64,000 nucleotides of DNA. Origin: Mobula hypostoma (Eukaryota). The notes below the pieces were generated by a model that was given only the letters and a program-made list of their open reading frames with translations, made no database searches and had not been told where the DNA came from. Made by a program: the position numbers and the translations under genes. The stretch lies in assembly GCF_963921235.1 (NCBI RefSeq), contig NC_086101.1:7690001-7754000 (forward strand), given 5' to 3'. Position 1 is the stretch's first letter, and the number at the start of each line of letters is the position of its first letter. Positions 50,105 through 63,300 of this stretch are shown here, one piece after another.

Positions 50105-52184
50105 TCTTGAAATGAACGCTGAGATTAGATTTGCTTTCTTTGCCACTGACTCAACCTACAAATTAACCTTCAGGTAGTCCTGTATAAGGACTCCCAGGTG
50201 ACTTAGAACACCACTGTTCACTGACCTCCAGACAGAATATGCTCCATCTACTGCCCCCACAAAGAACACAGACTTCAAAAAACATCTCCAATTTCTCAGT
50301 GCCCATTAAAGACAGGCAGGCTTTCATCAATTTGGCCCATTCCCAGTCTTTTTAGGACTTCCCACTTTGCAACAGAAACTGATACGCAATAGGCAAGCAG
50401 ATGCCAACCAGATTGGAGTGTGGTTCCAAACTGGGCTGTTTAAGGACCAGTTTTGGAGAGCAGGACTATCAAAGCAGAGTTTGAATATCACCATGACAAC
50501 CCAGTCCTGCATCTTTCCCCATCAACAGGCCACTGGTTCTCTTCTGATAACACACCGTCATTCAAACCAATGCACTCAGCGGGGAGACATGCCAATGGCT
50601 TGATTGCAATGCAGAAACAGACCCAAGCACTATTGCAACACCACATTGCAAGGACAAGACCCAATGCTTTTCACCTTGCATCACTGCAGAATGTTACTTC
50701 ATGCAATTCAGGAAGAAATGCTTAACATTGCTAATGGTTACCACAGAACCCTAACTGGTCGACTAACGTCTTTAAGGGAAGAATATCAGCCATCCTTGCA
50801 CACACACGTGACGGTCGAACCTCGAGAACTTGGTTCATTTTTAACCACATCTGAGATGGCTCTGCAGCTGATTCAGTCTGGACATTCAAGAAAGTGTAAT
50901 CCATGGCCTTGCTTTTTGCAACACTATCTCCCAAAGATCAAAGTACTAAAGATTAGCTTTATTTGACAAGTTCACTCATGCTGAGTTGAGCATCGAACTA
51001 GCAACTCGACCTCATCAAACAAACGCTAAAAAAAAATTTAGCGAAGTTGCCGCCCAATACCCCTAACAGTGAGGGGAGGAGCATTTTATTTGCCCCATAC
51101 AGTGAAATTTGTCATTTTGCATCAACGGCCAACGTAGCACGCCCACAAATTAGTAACCGAATCCTGTACGTGAGGGGAAACTTGGAGCATTCCGAGGCAA
51201 CTCACTCGGCCACATGAAGAATGTATAGACTCCTTACGGACAGTAGCAGGAAGTGAACCGCCATCTCTGACGCTGTAAGAGCGTCACGCTAACGACTACA
51301 CGGCCGTGCTGCCCTCCACAATTACCCGGTGGAGGAGAATAAAGGACGATTACATTTTTTTGAGTTGACTAAGAAAATGCTCCAGGGCTGAGTGGGTGAA
51401 GCACAGTCTTATCTTGATGGCATGAAGGTGCAATTTGTACTTTTGTTTCTACAGCAGCGGAGGCGCTGTTTACAATACTTACTAAAGTATCCAGAGGACA
51501 GAAGAAATTCCCCTTTGGCTACACCAGTGAGGTAGACATCACCGTCCACTCAGCGCACGTTTCCCTTTCAAAATGTCACAACGTCGCTCCCGATCAGATT
51601 CAGATTTGCTTATCACACCGAAACAAGGTGAAACGTGGTACAACTGTCACCACACATTCTGGCGCCAACGTAGCATACGCACCATGTTTGGCAGAACAAC
51701 AACAACACACCAACAGAAATCAACGAGAAAATCTGCAGATTCTGGAAATCCAGAGCAATACACACACAAAACGCTAGAGGAACTCAGCAGTCAGGCAGCA
51801 TCTATGGAAGTGAACAAACAGTTAAAACTTGCCCCTTTGAGTACATCGGGCTTCAGATTTCCACCCCCAATGACACAAGTGCCTCGGTTTCTTGACTTGC
51901 CAACTTCGGTCTTCAACCTTCGCTATCAACCCCAGGACTCGCCGTTCATGGGACTTTGAACTCTGAGCCTCGAGTTCCGGACTCGTGTGGGTTTCTGACC
52001 CTGAGGCTTGCTGACGTTGGGGCATTGTCCGCCCCAAGTCCGCTTGGGCTCGTAGAGTCGCAGCCATGTGGCCTCCAAGTACTGGGCTCACCAACACTGG
52101 TCTTTGACCACATGGACCTTCAGTCCTGGGACTCGTTAACCTGGGGGGGGGGGGGGACTTACCAACCTGACCAATGTGGTAGAC

Positions 52185-53354
52185 CAGCGGTCCCCAACCA
52201 CCGGGCCGCAAAGCATGCGTTACCAGGCCATGAAGAAACAATATGATTTGGCCTTTCCTCATTCCCGGTCACGCATTGTTGAGCCATTACGCATGCGAGG
52301 TCATTATCTTCATTATGTCAGCGCGGGAAGGAGATCAACTCCTCGAGCTTGCAAATGACGGCAGGCTGAAAAGTATGTTTGACATAACATCTCTGCCGGC
52401 ATTCTGGATCAAAGTCAAGGCTAAATATCCTGAGACAGCCACGAAAGCACTGAAAACGTTGCTTCCATCATATTTCTGCGAAGCGGAGCTTTCTGCAATG
52501 AATGCAACGAGAATTAAATTGCGGAATAGGCTGGACATAAGGAACCCCCTTCGAGGATCGCTGTCTCCCATCACCCCTCGACGGGACCTCTTGTTGCAGG
52601 GAAACAATCCCAGGGCTCCCACTGATTCAGCAATATTGGTGTGTTGCAATGATTTTATATGTCCAAACGGGGAAAATATGCGCTGTGTGTTTAATATCCA
52701 AACGTTACTTAAAATGTTATGATGCTATTGACTTATATAACCATATAACAATTACAGCACGGAAACAGGCCATCTCTGCCCTTCTAGTCCCACCGACCTG
52801 CACCCAGCCCATAACCCTCCATTCCTTTCCTGTCCATATACCCATCCAATTTTTCTTTAAATGATAATATCGAACCTGTTTCTGCCACTTCTACTGGAAG
52901 TTCGTTCAACACTTACTTCAAGCCCCCCTGTCCTCCCCTGATAATTGAGTTATCGCTATATTCATGCGAGGAAAATATGTGCTGTGTGTTTAATATTAAA
53001 TTCGTTAGATAAACCGTTTTAGAAACGAAACTGAGTGTATTAGCCACTTATCCCCTATATTCCGGTCGTGATTAACACCCCCCGCCCCCCCCCCCGCTGA
53101 ACAGAATCGCCAAAAACGAGTTGCAGGAAAAAGAAAATCGGCAGCCGCACGCATACACAGGTTACGCATGCGCACTGGTGCCCACGCAAGGCTTCATGGT
53201 CATTGTAGTCTTTCTCAGAGTAAACACAACGTATTTGACTGCTACACTTGTCCGTTGGCAACCCTACCCCCGCTCCCCCACCGGGTCGGCCGGTCTGCAA
53301 GAATATTGTCCATATTAAACCAGTCCGCAGTGCAAAAAAGGTTGGGGACCCCTG
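52185..53354 (+). mobile_element. Non-autonomous hAT (Charlie-like) DNA transposon
   Basis: TIRs CAGCGGTCCCCAACC and GGTTGGGGACCCCTG. Perfect 8-bp TSD TGGTAGAC at 52177-52184 and 53355-53362. Dimerisation-domain remnant LPAFWIKVKAKYPE.A.KALK.LLP.SY.CEA..SAM...KLRNRLD. Confidence 0.93.
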
Positions 53355-53464
53355 TGGTAGACACTTAACTAGTCTTACAGCCTGTGCACGTTTCCCCTTC
53401 AAAGTGTTCGAACTTTTCTCCAGATCAAAGACTAACATCATTTCAACTAAAACACTAAAGGACA

Positions 53465-56400
53465 TGATTAAGGAGCATTTGGTGGCTCTGGGCCTATACT
53501 CGCTGAAGGTTACAGTGCCTTGTGAAAGCATTCAGCCCCCAACCCCTGGTTCACAGAAGTGAATTTGGATTTGGATGAGCAGAGTGAGGGCTTTGTGGCC
53601 AGGTTTGCAGGCGATACAAAGATAGGTGGAGGGGCAGATAGTGCTGAGGAGGCAGAGAGTCTGCAGAAGCATACAGACAGACTGAGAATGGGGAAAGAAG
53701 TGGCTTATGGAACATAATGTAGAGAAATGTATGGTCATGCATTTTGGTAGAAGGTACAAAGGTGTAGACTGTTTTCTAAATGGGGAATAAAATTCAGAAA
53801 TTTGAGATGCAAAGATACTTGGGAGCCCTTGTGCATTATTCTCCAAGGGTTAACCTGCAGGTTGAGTCAGGGGTGAAGAAAGCAAATGCAATGTTAGCAT
53901 TCATTTCAAGGGTCCAGAGTATTGCAGCAAGGATGTAAAGCTGAGGCTTTATAAGTCATTGGTTAGGCTACATTCGGAGTATTCTGAAACGTTTTAACCC
54001 TTTATCTAAGATGTGCTGGCAGGGTCCAGAGGAGGTTCATGAGGATGATTCTGCGAATGAAAGCGTTAACGTATGAAGAGCATTTGATGGCTCTGGGCCT
54101 GTATTCACTGACGTTTGGCGGAATGGGAGGGGGGGATTTCATTGAAATCTATCGAGTTTGAAAGGCCTAGATAGAGAGGACGTGGAGAGGATTTCTCCTC
54201 TCGTAGCTGGGTCAAGGACCAGAGGGCACAGCCTCAGAATACTTTTCAGAACAGAGATGAGGAGGAATTTCTTCAGCCAGAGGGTGGTGAATCTGTGGAA
54301 TTCATTGCCACAGATGGCTGAGGAGGTCACGTCATTGACTACATTTAAAGCGGAGGTTGGTAGGTTCTTGTTTCATCAGAGGGTCAAAGTTTACGGGGAG
54401 CATGGGATTAAGAGGGATAATCAGCTATGTTGGAATGTCAGAGCAGACTCAATGGGCCAAACGGCCTAATTCTGCTCCTATGACTTATAGACACATGCCA
54501 ATGATGCGTTGGAGCAGTTCAGCACAGTACAGACCCTTCGGCCCATAATGTTGTACCAACAGGCAAAGGCAAGGCAAGTAGGCAAGTTCATTCCTTATTT
54601 AACTATTGAGATAATAGGGTGCAAGTCTACAGGGCCAGTGTTCTGTTCCGGGTATCAGATGTGGGATTTCCAGGAGACTATCAGCCTTCACGATGGCCAC
54701 ATCTGCACCAAGTGCATCAAGATGCAGCTCCTTAGAGACTGTGTTAGGGAACTGGAGCTACAGCAGGGGTAGGGGTAATGGCAGGAGTAGACAACCGTGG
54801 CTGACAAGGGAAGTTAAGGACTGCAGAAAGGCTAAGGAAAGGGCAAATCAGGTAGCAAAAGTGAGTGGGAAGTTGGATGATTGGGAAATTTTCAGAGGGC
54901 AACTAAAAAGCTATAAGTGAAAAGATGAAATATGACAGCAAACTAGCTAATAATATAAAGCAGGATACCAAAAGTTTCTTTCAGTCATATTAAGAGTAAC
55001 AGAGGTGAGTGCTGATATTGGACCACTGGAAAGTGCTGCAGGTGAGGTAGTAATGAGGAACCAAGAAATGGCAGTTGAACTTAATGGGTACTTTGCATCA
55101 GTCTTCACTGTGGAAGACACTAGCAGTGCACCAGAGGTCCGCGAGTGTCAGGGAGAAGCAGTGAGTGCTATTGCTATTACAAAGGAATAAGTGCTAGGGA
55201 CCTCAAAGGTCTTAAGGTGGATAAGTGACCTGGACAAGATGGACTACATCCCCAACTCCTGAGAGAGGTTGCTGAAGAGATAACGGATGCATTGGTCATG
55301 ATCTTTCAAGAATCATTTGAATCTGGCATGGTCCCAGAGGATTGGAAGATTGCAAATGTCACTCCACTCTTTAAGACAAGAGGAAGGCAAAAAAAAAAAA
55401 AAGAAATTATGGACCATTTAGCCTAACCGTCGAGGTTGGGAAATTGTTGGAGTCATTATTAAGGATAAGGTTTCAGGATACTTGGATTTCGATAATGGAA
55501 TTGATGGCTTTGTGGCAAAATTTGTGGATGATATGAAGATAAGGGGAGGGGTAGGTAGTGCTGAGGAAGCAATGCGATTGCAGTAAGACCATAAGACAAA
55601 GGAGCAGAAGTAGGCCATTCAGCCCATCGAGTCTGCTCCTCCATCTTATCATGAGCTGATCCATTTTCTCCTATTTAGTCCCACTCCCCTGCCTTCTCAC
55701 CATAACCTTTGATGCCCTGGCTACTCAGATACCTATCAATCTCTGCCTTAAATACACCCAATGACTTGGCTTCCACTGCTGCCTGTGGCAACAAATTCCA
55801 TAGATTCACCACCCTCTGACTAAAAAAATTTCTTTGCATTTCTGTTCTGAATGGGCGCCCTTCAATCCTTAAGTCATGCCCTCTCGTACTAGACTCCCCC
55901 ACCATGGGAAACAACTTTGCCACATCCACTCTGTCCATGCCTTTTAACATTCGAAATGTTTCTATGAGGTCTCCTCTCATTCTTCTAAACTCCGAGGAAT
56001 ACAGTCCAAGAGCGGACAAACGTTCCTCATATGTTAACCCTCTCATTCCCGGAATCATTCTAGTGAATATTCTCTGTACCCTCTCAAACATCAGCACATC
56101 ATAGACAAATTGGAAGAATGGACAAGAAAGTGGCAGATAGAATACTGTGTTGGGAAATGTATGACCATGCATTTTAGTAAAAGGAACAATAGTGTGGACT
56201 ATTATCTAAATTGGGAGAAGGTTCAAACATCAGAGGTGCAGAGTGTCTCAGCAGTCCTTGGGCAAGACTCCCAGAAGGTTAATTTACAGGTCGAGTCTGT
56301 GGTAAAAAAGGGAAATGAATGTTGGCATTTATTTCAAGGGGAACAGAACATAAAAGTAAGGAAATAATGCTGAGCCTTTATAAGACACTAGACAGGCCGC

Positions 56401-57830
56401 ACTTGGAATACCGTCAACAGTTTTGGGCCCAGTATCCCAGAAAGGCTGTGTTGTCATTGGAGAGAGTTCAGAGGAAGTTCACGAGGATGATTCTGGGGTT
56501 CAACGGGTTAACATATGAGGAGCATTTGGCAGCTTTGGGACTGTGCTGACTGGAATTTCAAAGAATGCAGGGAATCTCATTGAAAGAACAAGATAGAATG
56601 GATATGGAGAAGATGTTTCTTATGGTAGGGCATCCAGAAGCAGAGGGCACAGCCTCAAAATTGAAAGGTGACCATTAAAACCAGAAATACTGAGGAATTT
56701 TTTTTTATTAGCCAGAGAATATTGAATCTGTGAAATATTCTGCCACAGATTGTGGCGTAGGGAAAGTCCATGGGCATATTTAAAGTGGAAGTTGATAGTT
56801 TCCTGATTGGTCAGGGCACCAAAGGATGTGGCAAGAAGGCAGATGTATGGGCATGAGTGGGATCCTGGATCCGGATGATACAAAGGCAGAGCAGACTTGA
56901 TGGGTTGGATGGCCTAATTTTGCTTCTATGCGTATGGTCTAACCTTTTAATTTGTTCCAAGTTTAATCTGATCTCCCTCTCCCTCCACAGTGCCCTCCAT
57001 TTTTCTATCATCCATATGCCTATCCAAGAGTGTCTTAAATGTCCCGAATGTATCTGCCTCTACCACACCTGGCAGCACATTCCACACATCCACCACTCTG
57101 TAAAAAGAAACCTACCTCTTGCATCACTCCTCCCTATACTCCAAACACCTGAAGTTTATCTGCCCTTGCTGTAGTGGTAGTTAATAATGTTAGCCACTCC
57201 CACCAGGGAGGAGTTCACATACTGTACAAGCAGGGTTATCAATAAAAGTTCAGCTGAGTATCCTGCATGCTGATGTCCTGGTGTGCTCTGCACTATCCCT
57301 CAATATTAACACAATGCTTACCGCCCTGGGAGAAAGCCTGTGGCTATCCACTCAGTCTAAGCTTCTTCTCATCTTCTACACCTCTATCAAGTGGCCTCTC
57401 ATCCTCCAAAGAGAAAAGCCCTATCTCAATCAACCTTTCCTCATAAGACATACTCTCTATTAAGGCAGCATCCTGGCTAAATCTCTCCTGTACACTCTCT
57501 AAAGCTTTGACATCATCCCTATAATGAGGCGACCAGAACTGAATACAATACTCCGAGTTTAATCTAGTCTAACCAGAGTTTTATTGAGCTGCACCATTAC
57601 TTCGTGGCTCTTGAACTAAATCCATCAAATAAACAGCCAATGCACCATTCTCCTTCTTAACCACCCTAACAACTTGCACTGCAACTTTGAAGGATCCATG
57701 TACGTTCACCTCAAAATCCCTCTGTCCCTCCAAAGGTCTCAGATTCCTGCCATGAACCTCGTGCTCTGCCTTTGAGTTTAACTCTCCAAACTCAATCACT
57801 TTACCCTTTTCCATGGCATTCAAACAGACT
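53465..57830. mobile_element. Cluster of decayed and nested CR1 fragments (plus ~53555-54490 and ~54630-56940; minus ~55586-56100 and ~56970-57830)
   Basis: Repeated FFSQRVVNLWN.LPQ, RPHLEY and IGPLES motifs; ORF1 zinc-finger fragment C..C.MW...HICTKC at about 54640-54765. Confidence 0.85.
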
Positions 57831-58464
57831 ACACGACATAGGAGCAGAATTAGGCCATTTGGCCCATCGTATCTGTTCCTCAGACACGTGGATGGGAAAA
57901 GGTTAAGAGGGTCAGGGCCCAAATGGGACGAGTGCAGGAGGACAACTTCGTCAACATATATGAGTGACACCATATGACCAATTTTCATGCTGCAGAATTC
58001 TACGATGATCGACTCCAAGGCTGTCAGGGTATTTCAATAACACACAAGCACAAGCCCCAGTAGCCATGACGCATTTTGGGTCAGGAATAAGGCTCTCTGA
58101 TTGAGATCTACCCTCCATACCCAGTTGGGCTCATTTGTAACCACAGAACCATCAGTGACATTACCTTTAAGCAACCACTTTGAAATGGCTACTTAACCTG
58201 GGAAAATCTCTGTTGGATCGACAATACGAACATTTTTGAAAATGAATTTTTGAAAAGTGGTCCATTCTCTAAGGTCATCACCAAGGCAAAGATCTCTCAC
58301 AGAATCCTTTAGCACAATCTCCCGTCATTCTCCTCTGCTCTGGGGATTGAGGTGCTAACCTAGTCAACTTTTGCCAATAACTCAGGTCCTCAAGTCCTGG
58401 CAATTTGAGGGAGACATAAGCAGGACCTTCATTCCTTACTGAAGGACAATGTTTACCCATTCAC

Positions 58465-58654
58465 CTTTATCAGTGGACGTGCGGATGGCAATGAACTTGG
58501 CACCAATGTCAGCTGACGAATATTTTCTTGCCTCGGCCACGGCAATGAGTTTATTAGAGGGGGTGATCGCGATGAGTGGGATCCTGAAGGTGTTGACTTC
58601 GCCAATGACACCCCTGATCCACAGCAGCTGCTCGTCTTCAATGAGTGGGCGGAT
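58465..58654 (-). CDS. NEU1: Sialidase-1 (lysosomal neuraminidase), coding exon 2
   Basis: Manual translation [63 protein letters not shown](G). Contains the sialidase FRIP motif, EAR and the start of an Asp-box. Acceptor ttttcctccag, donor G|gtgaat, 190 nt, phase 0 to 1. Confidence 0.96.
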
Positions 58655-58681
58655 CTGGAGGAAAAGGTGGAAGGATAGTTA

Positions 58682-59615
58682 CACTGGACAACGAAGATTT
58701 TGCCTCCTGAATACTTTTGCATGTATCTTATGGACTTCACCCTGCCGATCACCATGAAATTTCCCTATCGCACATCATTTTTTGAAATAGCCTATATTTG
58801 TATTACAATTCATAACTCAAGTCAGTTAAAATGTTGGCCACAGTGTAAGCTGAGGAGTTTTCTACCTTGCCCGGGTATGCTTAGGCAGGCTGGATGCTGC
58901 AGGGCAGGACAGATTTTAGAAAGGCTGTACATTTCCCTGAAGGATTTTGCTACTTGAGGCAGACTTTCCCCAGGATACCCGATACCAAGATTAAGGAAGC
59001 AACACACACAAAATGCTGGAGGAACCCAGCAGACCAGGCAGCATCTATGGAAAAAAAGTACAGTCGACGTTTCAGCCCAGCATTTTGTGAGTTGCTTGGA
59101 CTTTCAACCTCTGCAGATTTTCTGTTTGTGCCAAGATTAAGGAAGGCATTTTTGTTGGTCAACAATTCAAACACGTCATCAGTGACAGGCAATTCAAAGT
59201 AGTTCTAGTGGGGCTGGGGATAATCACATAGAAGGCATTCAAGGATGTTGTTGAAAATCTTCTTGGCAACTACCGAGCTTCAAACTACATGCAGCTGGTT
59301 AACAACATGCTTCAAGCATACAAAACCATGAAGTGCAACATGTCACTAAAGATTCATTTTCTGCATTCCCATTCAGACATCTTCTCTTGGTGCAATGCTG
59401 GCTGATTATTGTTCGACACTAAGGGAGAGCCTCAGACATCGAGTACAAATGAAAATCATCAACAAAACATTTTAACTTAGTTGCACTACTGCAAAGCATC
59501 AGCACCTTTATGCAATTAAACTTACTATATTCAATAAAAGTTATATCTTGTTTCTCCAAATTCCTACGTGACACAGGTAGTTCAAAATTATATTGTGTTC
59601 AGTTTCAACTGGTCT
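58682..59615 (+). mobile_element. Decayed DNA transposon (Tc1/mariner-related, 'm44'-like transposase remnant)
   Basis: FPRI.D.KIKEGIFVG.QFK and KAFKDVVEN.LGNYRA.NY.QLV.NMLQAYKTMKCNMSLKIHFLHSH. Begins after TA with CACTGGACAAC. Subfamily name is recalled, not verified. Confidence 0.65.
59000..59130. mobile_element. 131-bp Penelope-derived mini-element
   Basis: 15-bp TSD CCAAGATTAAGGAAG at 58985-58999 and 59131-59145. Inverted segments caacacacacaaaatgctgg and ccagcattttgtgagttg. Half a hammerhead motif remains. Confidence 0.85.
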
Positions 59616-60387
59616 GTCAGACAGCACTACATCACAAAACAGGCCCTTTGGCCCATCTAGTCCATGATAGACCGTTATTCTGCCTAGTCCCATAGCCCTC
59701 CATTCCCTTCACATCCATGCACCTATCAACAATTCTCTAAATTTTGCAATCGAACCTGCATCCACCACCTCCGCTGGCAGCTCGTTCCACACTTGCATCA
59801 CCCTCTGAGTGAAGTTGTTCCCCTTAAAAATGTCACCCTTCACCCTTAACCCATGACCTTTTGCTCCAGTCTGACGTAATCTCTGCCACTGTTCTGAATG
59901 TACAGCAGGATCTTGTGATCATTAGTTTTAGTAGAATGGTAGCACCTTTTGTGAGCCCAGACACGCCACCATCTTACAGGAAGAAATTTGATACAGGTAC
60001 ACAAAATTATGAGGGGTAAATGCATGCAGGCTTTTCCGACTGAGGCTGGGTGGGACTACAACTAGAGGTCATGGGTTGAGGGTGAAAGCTGAAATGTCTA
60101 ATGGGGACGTGAGGGGGAATTTCTTCACTCAGGGGATTGAGAGAGTGTGGACGTACTGCCAGCACAAGTAGTACAAGCAAGCTCGATTTCAACGTTGAAG
60201 AGAAGTTTGGATAGGTACTATACATGGATGGTAGTGGAATGGAGGGCTCTGGACCAAGTCCAGGTAGATGGAAGTAGATAGTTGAAGTGGTTCTGCTTGG
60301 ACTAGATGGGCCAAAGGGCCTGTTTCTGTGTTGTACTTTTCTATGACGGTTCAGGAGCAACCTCCATAGATGCATCTTGACCTCCAG

Positions 60388-63300
60388 CAAGAGAGCGCTA
60401 GTGATAGGGGACTCGATAGTTAGAGGGGCAGATAGGAGGTTCTGTGGTCGTGACAGAGAATCCAGGATGGTTTGTTGCCTCCTGAGTGCCAGAGTCAAGG
60501 ATGTCTCTGATCGCTTGCATGACATTCTGAAGTGGGAGGGTGACCAGCCAGATGTCGTGGTGCACATCGGTACCAATGACATAGCAAGGAAGAGTGAGGA
60601 GGTCCTGGAGTGTGAGTATAGAGAGCTTGGCAGGAAGTTGAAAAGCAGGACCTCGAGGGTGGTAATCTCAGGATTGCTACCTGTGCTACGTGCCAGTGAG
60701 GGTAGGAATAGGATGCTCTGGAGGATGAACAAGTGGCTGAGGAACTGGTGTAGGGGGCAGGGTTTCAGATTTCAGGATCATTGGGACCTCTTCTGGGACA
60801 GGTGGGACCTGTACAAGAGAGACGGGTTACACTTGAACTACAAGGGGACCAATATCTTTTCAGGGAGGTTTGTTAGTGCTGTTGGGGAGGCTTTAAACTA
60901 GATTTGCAGGGGGATAGGAACCAGAATGCCAGAGCTGACAGTGTGGCTGGGCTGAAAATAAATGATGTTAAAAGTTCAAGCAAAGCTGCAAATAGAAAGG
61001 TTGTGAGTGGTGGTAAAATTCTTCTGAGGTGTATATATTTCAATGCTAGGAGTATTGCGAGTTGAGGGCGTGGATTGACACGTGGAATTGTGACGTTATA
61101 GCAATTAGTGAAACTTGGCTACAGGAGGGGCAGGACTGGCAGCTTAATATTCCAGGGTTCCGATGTTTCAGATGTGATCGAGGCCGAGGAATGAAAGGTG
61201 GGGGAGTAGCATTGCTTGTTAGGGAACATATTACAGCAGTGCTCAGGCAGGACAGATTAGAGGGCTTGTCTACTGAGTCCTTATGGGTGGAGCTGAGAAA
61301 CAGGAAAGGTATGGCCAGGAAAAAGAGATAGCAGGCAACTGCAGGAAACATAAAGTTGTAGTGGTAGGGGATTTTAATTTTCCACATATTGATTGGAACT
61401 CACATACTGTTAGGGGTCTAGATGGGTTAGAGTTTGCAAAATGTGATCAGGAAAAGTTTTCTAAATCAATATATTCAGGTACCAACTAGAGGGGATGCAA
61501 TATTAGATCTCCTATTCGGAAATGAGTTAGGACAAGTGACGGAAGTGTGTGTAGGGGAGCACTTTGGTTCCACTGATCATAAACAGTTTCAATTTGATCA
61601 TGGACAAGGATAGATCTGGTCCTAGGGTTGAGGTTCTGAACTGGAAGAAGGCCAAATTTGAAGAAATGAGAAAGGATCTAAAAAGTGTGGATTGGGACAG
61701 GTTGTTCTCTGGCAAGGATGTGATCGGTAAGTGGGAAGCCTTCAAAGGAGAAATTTTGAGAGTGCAGAGCTTGTATGTTCCTGTCAGGATTAAAGGCAAA
61801 GTGAATAGGAATAAGGAACCTTGGTTCTCAAGGGATATTGCAACTCTGATAAAGAAGAAGAAGGAGTTGTATGAAATGTTTAGGAAACAGGGAGTAAATA
61901 AGGTGCTTGAGGAGTATAAAAAGTGCAAGAAAATACTTAAGAAGGAAATCAGGAGGGCTAAAAAAAAGACATGAGGTTGCCTTGGCAGTCAAAGTGAACG
62001 ATAATCCAAGGAGCTTTTACAGGTATATTAAGAGTAAAAGGATTGTAAGGGATAAAGTTGGTCCTCTTGAAGATAAGAGTGGTTGGCTATGTGTGGAACC
62101 AAAAGAAATGGGGGAGATCTTAAATGGCTTTTTGCGTCTGTATTTACTAAGGAAACTGGCATGAAGTCTATGGAATTGAGGGAATCAAGTAGTGAGATCA
62201 TGGAAACTGTACAGATTGAAAAGGAGGAGGTGCTTGCTATCTTGAGGCAAATTAAAATGGATAAATCCCCAGGACCTGACAGGGTATTCCCCTCGGACCT
62301 TGAAGGAGACTAGTGTTGAAATTGCAGGCACCCTGGCAGATATATTTAAAATGTTGGTGTCTACGGGTGAGGTGCCGGAGGATTGGAGAATGGCTCATGT
62401 TGTTCCGTTGTTTGAAAAAGGATCGAAAAGTAATTTGGGAATTATAGGCCGGTAAGTTTGACGTCGGTAATGGGTAAGTTATTGGAGGGAGTACTGAGAG
62501 ACAGAATCTACAAGCATTTGGATAGACAGGGACTTATCAGGGAGAGTCAACATGGCTTTGTGCATGGAAGGTCATGTTTGACCAATCTATTGAAGTTTTT
62601 CAAGGAGGTTACCAGGAAAGTGGGTGAAGGGAAGGCAGTGGATGTTGTCTACATGGACTTCAGTAAGGCCTTTGACAAGGTCCCGCATGGGAGGTTAGTT
62701 AGGAAAATTCAGTTGCTAGGTATACATGGAGAAGTGGTAAATTGGATTAGACATTGGCTCAATGGAAGAAGCCAAAGAGTGGTAGAGAGAATTGCTTCTC
62801 AGAGTGGAGGCCTGTGACTAGTGGTGTGCCACAGGGATCAGTGCTGGATCCATTGTTATTTGTCATCTATATCAATGATCTGGATGATTATGTGGTAAAC
62901 TGGATCAGCAAATTTGCTGATGATACAAAGATTGGAGGTGCAGTGGACAGTGAGGAAGGTTTTCAAAGCTTGCAGAGGGATTTGGACCAGATGGAAAAAT
63001 GGGCTGAAAAATGGCAGATGGAGTTTAATACAGACAAGTGTGAGGTATTGCACTTTGGAAGGACAAACCAAGATAGAACGTACAGGGTAAATGGTAAGGC
63101 ACTGAGGAGTGGAGTGGAACAGAGGGATCTGGGAATACAGATACAAAATTCCCTAAAAATGGCGTCACAGGTAGATAGGGTGATAAAAAGAGCTTTTGGT
63201 ACATTGGCCTTTATTAATCAACGTATTGAGTATAAGAGCTGGAATGTTATGATGAGGTTGTATAAGGCATTGGTGAGGCTGAATCTGGAGTATTGTGTTC

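Noticed and set aside
60377..60901. SGNH hydrolase ORFs (also 39476-39976 and 44816-45250) as cellular esterase genes
   Set aside because: Each sits directly upstream of CR1 EN/RT, and esterase-bearing ORF1 is an established CR1 feature.
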